This document shows positions 57,853 to 64,000 of a stretch of DNA of 64,000 nucleotides, in pieces. The stretch is from NCBI GenBank assembly GCA_009914755.4, contig CP068257.2, positions 15,584,001 to 15,648,000 of the forward strand. Reading direction: 5' to 3'. Position 1 is the first letter of the stretch, and each line of letters starts with the position of its first letter. Below the pieces are notes generated by a model. The model searched no databases, was not told the DNA's origin, and saw only the letters and a list, made by a program, of their open reading frames with translations. The stretch is from the human T2T-CHM13v2.0 reference genome, Homo sapiens. A program made the position numbers and the translations under genes.

Positions 57853-58870
57853 GATCATTACAGTCACATCTGGGGTATCTTTTCTGGAGAACAAAGAATA
57901 AAATTGTGATAACAATAAATTATCAAATAGCATCTGAGGTTGAAAACTGAAAATATAAAAAAGAAACAAATGCAAATTATGAAGTTGAAAAGTACAATAA
58001 CTGAAATGAAAAACTGACTAGCATGAATCAAGAGTACATTTGAGATGATAGCAAAAGGAATAAGTAAAATTAAAAGTAGATCAATATAAATCATTTAATC
58101 TGAGTTTAAAGAGTTTGGGAGGAGAACTAAAAGAAGAAACAGATCTTCAGCCACACGGTACTTACGGGTATCAATTTCAAGATCCCCCATAGATACAAAA
58201 ATCCATGGATGCCTAATACAATCTAAATGCTATGTAAATAGTTGTTAAACTCTATTGTTTAGGGAATGGTGACCAAAAAATGTCTGTATATGTTCAATAC
58301 AGACACAAACGTCCTTTTTTCCCAAAAATTCTTGATCCAGTTAATTGATTCGTGGATGTGGAACTCACAGATTCAGTGGGCCAACTATATGTACAATAGA
58401 ATATTATTCAGCACCCCCCAAAAAAAATTTTGCCATTTGCAACAACATGGATGAGCCTACAGGACATTATGCGAAGTGAAATAAGCCAGACACAAAAAGA
58501 AAAATACTGCATAATCTCATTTACATTTGAAATCCAAAGCTGAACTCATAGAAACATAGAGTAAAAAACTGATTGCAAGGAGCTGGTCAATGGCAGAAAT
58601 AAAGATATTTTGGACAGAGGTTACAAAATTTGGTTATAAGATGAATAAGTTCTGGAGATCTAAAGTAAATCATTGTAACTATAGTTAATATTAATGTATT
58701 GTATACTTGAAATTGCTTAAAAAATAGATCTTACATGTTCTCACAATGAAAAACAATATTTATATAAGGTGATGAATATGTTAATTGTGGTAATCACATT
58801 ACAATGTATACATATATCAAAATGTCACATTATTATACAAGGCTAAATATACACAATCTTTATTTGTCAA
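57853..58870 (+). mobile_element. patchwork of ancient L1 (L1M-class) fragments: ORF1 coiled-coil piece, L1MC/D-type 3'UTR piece, and L1MA/PB-type 3' end
   Basis: 57940-58130 translates ..STITEMKN.LA.IKSTFEMIAKGISKIKSRSI.II.SEFKEFGRRTKRRNR, i.e. the L1M ORF1 motif ITEMKNSLDGINSRLEMAEERISELEDRSIEIIQSE..KEKRLKK. 58150-58415 has ggtatcaatttcaagatcccccatagatacaaaaatccatggatgcctaatacaatctaaatgctatgtaaatagttgttaaactctattgtttagg...cagtgggccaactatatgtac, an L1M 3'UTR motif. 58440-58870 has ttgcaacaacatggatgagcctacaggacattatgcgaagtgaaataagccagacacaaaaag...ttgtggtaatcacattacaatgtatacatatatcaaaatgtcacattattatacaaggctaaatatacacaatctttatttgtcaataa, an L1 3' end. Confidence 0.5.
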
Positions 58871-58874
58871 TAAT

Positions 58875-59300
58875 GACTATATTATATATATTAAAGTAAC
58901 TAGGAATATAAAGACTCATTATGATAAATGGTATATACAAAAGCCCTTCAGCTAATATTATACTTAATAGTAAAACATTGAATGCTTTCTTCTTAATGGC
59001 GGGAACAAACAAATGATTTCCACTACTACTTCCTCTATTCAATAATATACTGGCAGTTACAGCCGATTCAATAAGGCAAAATAAGAAAAAAAGAAAAAGA
59101 AAAAAATTAAACCTTCTATAATGAAAATAAAGAAGTAAACCTGTCTTTATTTGCTGATGACATAATCCTGTTTGTGAAAATTCCTGAGGAATACACAAAA
59201 ACTGCCAGAACTAATAAGTTCAGAAGGTGGCAGAATACACACAATATACAAAACTTTACTCTATTTTCTATACTAGTAAAAAAAAAAAAAAAAAAAATCT
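58875..59300 (+). mobile_element. ancient L1 (L1M) ORF2 reverse-transcriptase fragment ending in an A-run
   Basis: Translation contains ..PSANIILNSKTLNAFFLMAGTNK.FPLLLPLFNNILAVTADSIRQNKKK (L1 RT: [50 protein letters not shown]) and ..[40 protein letters not shown] (L1: [47 protein letters not shown]). Confidence 0.5.
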
Positions 59301-59556
59301 GGGCCAGGCATTGTGGCTCACACCTGTAATCTCAGCACTTTAGCAGGAGGCTGAGGGAGGAGGATCATTTGATGTCAGAAGTCTGAGATCTGCTGGAGCA
59401 ACAAAGTGACACCCCATCTCTACAAAAAAATTTTAAAAGTTAGCCAGGCATAGTGGAATGTACCTGTAGCCCCAGCTACTCAGGAAGCTGAGTTTAGAAA
59501 AATGCTTGCACTCAGGAGTTGGAGGCTGCAGTGAGCCATAATTGTGCCACTGCACT
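59301..59556 (+). mobile_element. Alu SINE, 3'-truncated where L1PB 5'UTR sequence begins
   Basis: gggccaggcattgtggctcacacctgtaatctcagcactttagcaggaggctgagggaggaggatcatttgatgtcagaagtctgagatc... ...ggaggctgcagtgagccataattgtgccactgcact, then a non-Alu continuation tttgtgcactgcctgcatcc. Confidence 0.8.
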
Positions 59557-61225
59557 TTTGTGCACTGCCTGCATCCTAACACCCCCTTACTGCAAATGCT
59601 AGCAAAGAGGCCAGCACCCTTGCAATTGCCAACACCCCACCACAGCCAGTGAGCGCATGCTTTGCTGTACTGCCATTGATGCTGGTATGTGTGAATGAGG
59701 ATGGATTTTGCTGTCACCACTCTACAAACTGTTCTTTGTCTGGCAACACCCACCAGAGTGTTGTGACCAGCAGTCCAGGAATACCTTGCCCCTCCAGTGC
59801 AGCAGGTTCCTAACCCTGAGGGGCCAGAGGACAAAGCCAGGGACCCAATACCAGTCCTCCAGAGTTAGAGGACATGGTCCAGAAGTCTTGAGCAGAGTCT
59901 TGGCCCCCAAAAATCTTCCAGAAATGAAGCCAGTTTACTGAATCCACCTCACACTACAATCAAACCCCCAAGGACATCTAATAAAATAAAATGAGAAGAA
60001 AACCATCCAAAGGATAGCTACATCAAAGCTTCAAAGAACATCAGCCCACAAAGATGAGGAAGAACCAGCACAAGAACTCTGGCAACTCAAAAATCCAGAG
60101 TGTCTTCTTACCTCCAAATGATAACACTAGTTTCCTAACAATGGTTCTTAATCAGGCTGAGATGGCTGAAATGATAGAAATAGAATTCAGAATATGGACA
60201 GAAACAAAGATCATTGACATACAGGAGAAAGTGAAAACCCAATCCAAGGAATCTAAGGATTACAATAAAACAATATAGGAGGTGATAGATAAAATGGTCA
60301 TTAAAAGAGAGAACCACACTGATCTGACAGAGCTGAAAAACACACTACAAGAATTTCATAATGCAATCACAAGTATTAACAGCAGAATTGACCAAACTGA
60401 GGAAAGAATATCAGGGCTTGAAGACTCTCTCTAAAACAACTCAGTCAGAGAAAAATTTTAAAAAAAATAAAGAATGAACAAAAGCTCTGAGAAATATGCC
60501 ATTATGAAAAGAAACACATTCTACGATTCACTGGCGTTTGTGAAAGAAAGGAAGAGAAATTAACCAGCTTGGAAAACATTTTTCAGGATATTGTCCATAA
60601 AAATTTCCCCAACCACACTAGAGAAGCCAATATTCAAATTCAGAAAATTTAGAGAATCCCTGTGAAATACTAAACAAGAAGACCATCCCCAAGACATATA
60701 GTCATCAGATTCTCCAAGGTCAAAATGAAAGAAAACCTGACAAGAAAGCTAGAGAGAAAGTGCAGGCTGCCTACTGATATGGTTTGGCTGTGTTCCCACC
60801 CAAATCTCATCTTGAATTGTACTCCTATAATCCCTATATGTTGTGGGAGGGACCTGGTGGGAGATAATTGAATCACGAAGGCAGGTTTTCCCATGCTGTC
60901 CTCAAGACAGTGAATAAGTCTCACGAGATCTGATGGTTTTATAAATGGCAGTTCCCTGGCACATGCTGTCTTGCCTGCTGCCATGTAAGATGTGTCTTTT
61001 CTCCTCCTTCACCTTCTGCCATAATTGTGAGGTCTCCCCAGCCATGTGGAACTGTGAGTCCATTAAACCATTTTTTTAATAAATTATCCAGTCTTGGGCA
61101 TTTCTTCATAACAGTATGAAAATGGACTAATACATCTACAAATAGAACCCTACCAGGCTAACAGCAGACCCGTTAGCAGAAACCCTACAAGCCAGAAGAG
61201 ATGGGGGTTCTATATTCAGTATTCT
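59557..61225 (+). mobile_element. L1PB-family LINE-1 fragment (3' part of 5'UTR plus ORF1), split by a THE1 solo LTR (60775-61134) and cut off by the SVA insertion at 61226
   Basis: ORF1 ATG at 60054 (MRKNQHKNSGNSKIQSVFLPPNDNTSFLTMVLNQAEMAEMIEIEFRIWTETKIIDIQEKVKTQSKESKDYNKTI.EVIDKMVIKRENHTDLTELKNTLQEFHNAITSINSRIDQTEERISGLEDS), an L1PB-type N-terminus. After the LTR it resumes ..ctacaaatagaaccctaccaggctaacagcagacccgttagcagaaaccctacaagccagaagagatgggggttctatattcagtattct (..PIRLTADPLAETLQARRDGGSIFSI) and then meets the SVA poly-T. Confidence 0.75.
60775..61134 (+). mobile_element. THE1-type (ERVL-MaLR) solo LTR with target-site duplication, inserted in L1PB ORF1
   Basis: tgatatggtttggctgtgttcccacccaaatctcatcttgaattgtactcctataatccctatatgttgtgggagggacctggtgggagataattgaatcac... 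...ccagtcttgggcatttcttcataacagtatgaaaatggactaataca. Flanks are ..gcctac|LTR|tctacaaatag, which gives a 4-5-bp TSD (c)ctac as expected for ERVL/MaLR, and the L1 reading resumes exactly across the insertion. Confidence 0.85.
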
Positions 61226-64000
61226 TTTTTTTTTTTTTTTTAATTTATTTTTTTATTGATAATTCTTGGGTGTTTCTCACAGAGGGGGATTTGGCAGGGT
61301 CATGGGACAATAGTGGAGGGAAGGTCAGCAGATAAACAAGTGAACAAAGGTCTCTGGTTTTCCTAGGCAGAGGACCCTGCGGCCCTCCGCAGTGTTTGTG
61401 TCCCTGATTACTTGAGATTAGGGATTGGTGATGACTCTTCACGAGCATGCTGCCTTCAAGCATCTGTTTAACAAAGCACATCTTGCACCGCCCTTAATCC
61501 ATTTAACCCTGAGTGGACACAGCACATGTTTCAGAGAGCACAGGGTTGGGGGTAAGGTCACAGATCAACAGGATCCCAAGGCAGAGGAATTTTTCTTAGT
61601 GCAGAACAAAATGAAAAGTCTCCCATGTCTACTTCTTTCTACACAGACACGGCAACCATCCGATTTCTCAATCTTTTCCCCACCTTTCCCGCCTTTCTAT
61701 TCCACAAAGCCGCCATTGTCATCCTGGCCCGTTCTCAATGAGCTGTTGGGCACACCTCCCAGACGGGGTGGTGGCCGGGCAGAGGGGCTCCTCACTTCCC
61801 AGTAGGGGCGGCCGGGCAGAGGCGCCCCTCACCTCCCGGACGGGGCGGCTGGCCGGGCGGGGGGGCTGACCCCCCCCACCTCCCTCCCGGACGGGGCGGC
61901 TGGCCGGGCGGGGGGCTGACACCCCCACCTCCCTCCCGGACGGGGCAGCTGGCCGGGCAGAGGGGCTCCTCACTTCCCAGTAGGGGCGGCCGGGCAGAGG
62001 CGCCCCTCACCTCCCGGACGGGGCGGCTGGCCGGGCGGGGGGGCTGACCCCCCCCACCTCCCTCCCGGACGGGGCGGCTGGCCGGGCGGGGGGCTGACCC
62101 CCCCACCTCCCTCCCGGATGGGGCGGCTGGCCGGGCAGAGGGGCTCCTCACTTCCCAGTAGGGGCGGCCGGGCAGAGGCGCCCCTCACCTCCCAGATGGG
62201 GTGGCTGGCCGGGCGGGGGGGCTGACTCCCCCCACCTCCCTCCCGGACGGGGCGGCTGGCCGGGCGGGGGGCCGACACCCCCACCTCCCTCCCGGACGGG
62301 GCGGCTGGCCGGGCAGAGGGGCTCCTCACTTCCCAGTAGGGGCGGCCGCGCAGAGGCGCCCCTCACCTCCCGGACGGGGCGGCTGGCCGGGCAGGGGGGC
62401 TGACCCCCCCCACCTCCCTCCCGGACGGGGCGGCTGGCCGGGTGGGGGGCCGACACCCCCACCTCCCTCCCGGACGGGGCGGCTGGCTGGGCAGAGGGGC
62501 TCCTCACTTCCCAGTAGGGGCGGCCGGGCAGAGGCGCCCTTCACCTCCCAGACGGGGCGGCTGGCCGGGCGGAGGGCTGACCCCCCCACCTCCCTCCCAG
62601 ACAGGGCGGCTGGCCAGGCGGGGGGCTGACCCCCCCACCTCCCTCCCGGACGGGGCAGCTGGCCGGGCAGAGGGGCTCCTCACTTCCCAGTAGGGGCGGC
62701 CGGGCAGAGGCGCCCCTCACCTCCCGGACGGGGCGGCTGGCCGGGCGGAGGGCTGACCCCCCCACCTCCCTCCCGGACGGGGCGGCTGGCCAGGCGGGGG
62801 GCTTACCTCCCCACCTCCCTCCCGGACGGGGCGGCTGGCCGGGTGGGGGGGCTGACCCCCCCATCTCCCTCCCGGACAGGGTGGCTGGCCGGGCTGAGGG
62901 GCTCCTCACTTCCCAGTAGGGGCGGCCGGGCAGAGGCACCCCTCACCTCCCGGACGGGGCGGCTGGCCGGGCGGGGGGCTGACCCCCCCACCTCCCTCCC
63001 GGACGGCACGGCTGGCCAGGTGGGGGGCTGACCCCCCCACCTCCCTCCCGGATGGCACGGCTGGCCGGTCGGGGGGGCTGACCCCCCACCTCCCTCCCAG
63101 ATGGGGCGGCTGGACGGGCGGGGGGTTGACCCCCCCCCACCTCCCTCCCGGACGGGGTGGCTGCCGGGCGGAGATGCTCCTCACTTCCCAGATGGGGTGG
63201 CTGCCGGGCGGAGAGGCTCCTCACTTCTCAGACGGGGCAGCTGCCGGGCGGAGGGGCTCCTCACTTCTCAGACGGGGTGGTTGCCAGGCAGAGGGTCTCC
63301 TCACTTCTCAGACGGGGCGGCCGGGCAGAGACGCTCCTCACCTCCCAGACGGGGTCTCGGCCGGGCAGAGGCACTCCTCACATCCCAGATGGGGCGGCGG
63401 GGCAGAGGCGCTCCCCACATCTCAGACGATGGGCGGCCGGGCAGAGACGCTCCTCACTTCCTAGATGTGATGGCGGCTGGGAAGAGGCGCTCCTCACTTC
63501 CTAGATGGGATGGCGGCCGGGCGGAGATTCTCCTCACTTTCCAGACTGGGCAGCCAGGCAGAGGGGCTCCTCACATCCCAGACGATGGGCGGCCAGGCAG
63601 AGACGCTCCTCACTTCCCAGACGGGGTGGCGGCCGGGCAGAGGCTGCAATCTCGGCACTTTGGGAGGCCAAGGCAGGCGGCTGGGAGGTGTAGGTTGTAG
63701 TGAGCCGAGATCACGCCACTGCACTCCAGCCTGGGCACCATTGAGCACTGAGTGAACGAGACCCCGTCTGCAATCCCGGCACCTCGGGAGGCTGAGGTTG
63801 GCGGGATCACTCGCGGTTAGGGGCTGGAGACCGGCCCGGCCAACACAGCGAAACCCCGTCTCCACCAAAACCAGTCAGGCGTGGCAGCGCGTGCCTGCAA
63901 TGGCAGGCACTCGGCAGGCTGAGGCAGGAGAATCAGGCAGGGAGGTTGCAGTGAGCCGAGATGGCAGCAGTACAGTCCAGCTTCGGCTCCGCATGAGAGG
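61226..64000 (-). mobile_element. SVA composite retrotransposon (minus strand; poly-A, SINE-R, VNTR, Alu-like all present; 5' hexamer end beyond the window)
   Basis: On the plus strand: poly-T 61225-61241, then tttatttttttattgataattcttgggtgtttctcacagaggggg (reverse complement of the SVA 3' end ..gagaaacacccaagaattatcaataaa plus poly-A signal). The SINE-R (HERV-K-derived) body runs to ~61760. A GC-rich VNTR spans ~61770-63640. Antisense Alu-like fragments (gcaatctcggcactttgggaggccaaggcaggcggctgggagg..gtgagccgagatcacgccactgcactccagcctgggc... ...ggttgcagtgagccgagatggcagcag) run to the window edge, which ends ..gcatgagagg where the (CCCTCT)n hexamer region would begin. Confidence 0.9.
61770..63640. 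repeat. SVA VNTR, ~1.9 kb, with ~178-bp higher-order repeat structure
   Basis: The 178-bp higher-order repeat reads ggccgggcagaggggctcctcacttcccagtaggggcggccgggcagaggcgcccctcacctcccggacggggcggctggccgggcgggggggctgaccccccccacctccctcccggacggggcggctggccgggcggggggctgacacccccacctccctcccggacggggc(a/g)gctg. It recurs so that the minus-strand ORFs 61792-62151, 61970-62329 and 62148-62507 are identical 119-aa translations offset by 178 bp. Subunits are ~35-50 bp. Confidence 0.9.

Noticed and set aside
61770-63640. Regularly spaced direct repeats that superficially resemble a CRISPR-like array or a CpG island/promoter
   Set aside because: This is a eukaryotic (hominoid) sequence and the periodic block is the canonical SVA VNTR flanked by SINE-R and Alu-like modules. 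High CpG content here is intrinsic to SVA and is not evidence of a host promoter.
61719-63868. Stack of overlapping 60-200-aa ORFs on both strands (Pro/Gly/Arg/Ala-rich, e.g. MRSPSARPAAPSGREVG.. repeated every 178 bp)
   Set aside because: They lie entirely within the GC-rich SVA VNTR and Alu-like region. The absence of stop codons is a compositional artefact of the repeat, the identical translations at fixed offsets show repetition and not a gene, and there is no start context or independent support.

Overview
This window reads as hominoid, most likely human, non-coding genomic DNA made up largely of interspersed repeats. I found no prokaryotic-style system and no convincing protein-coding gene. 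I see no novel biological system here: the notable content is retrotransposon structure and history. Every long ORF in the six-frame track sits inside an L1 ORF1/ORF2 remnant, a THE1 internal region, an L2 remnant, or the GC-rich SVA VNTR.

What I can support from the sequence:
- Alu SINEs: at least 10 Alu copies (additional diverged or partial copies likely missed), several with clean target-site duplications (TSDs).
- LINE-1: a 5'-truncated L1PA (~11.05-16.37 kb) and a full-length ~6.25-kb L1PA with an intact 5'UTR and 14-bp TSDs (41033-47280). Its ORF1 and ORF2 are dead, and ORF1 carries an internal 131-bp tandem duplication. Older L1PB/L1M elements are present (48.4-61.2 kb).
- THE1 (ERVL-MaLR): a complete LTR-internal-LTR THE1 element (16961-19264), a truncated THE1 internal fragment (51717-52853) and a solo THE1 LTR with TSD (60775-61134).
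- SVA: a minus-strand SVA (61226 to the window end) inserted into an L1PB ORF1, with a ~1.9-kb VNTR showing 178-bp higher-order periodicity.
- Smaller items: an L2 fragment, MIR-like fragments and simple repeats.

Beyond the retrotransposon content, the items I would follow up are an 86-bp inverted-repeat pair flanking 876 bp, a chimeric L1 carrying an ectopic endonuclease-domain fragment, the nested-insertion chronology in the 3' 16 kb, and two weakly supported plus-strand exon-like segments with consensus splice sites and a phase-compatible open frame.

Coordinates were derived by hand-counting, so boundaries are uncertain by a few bp.
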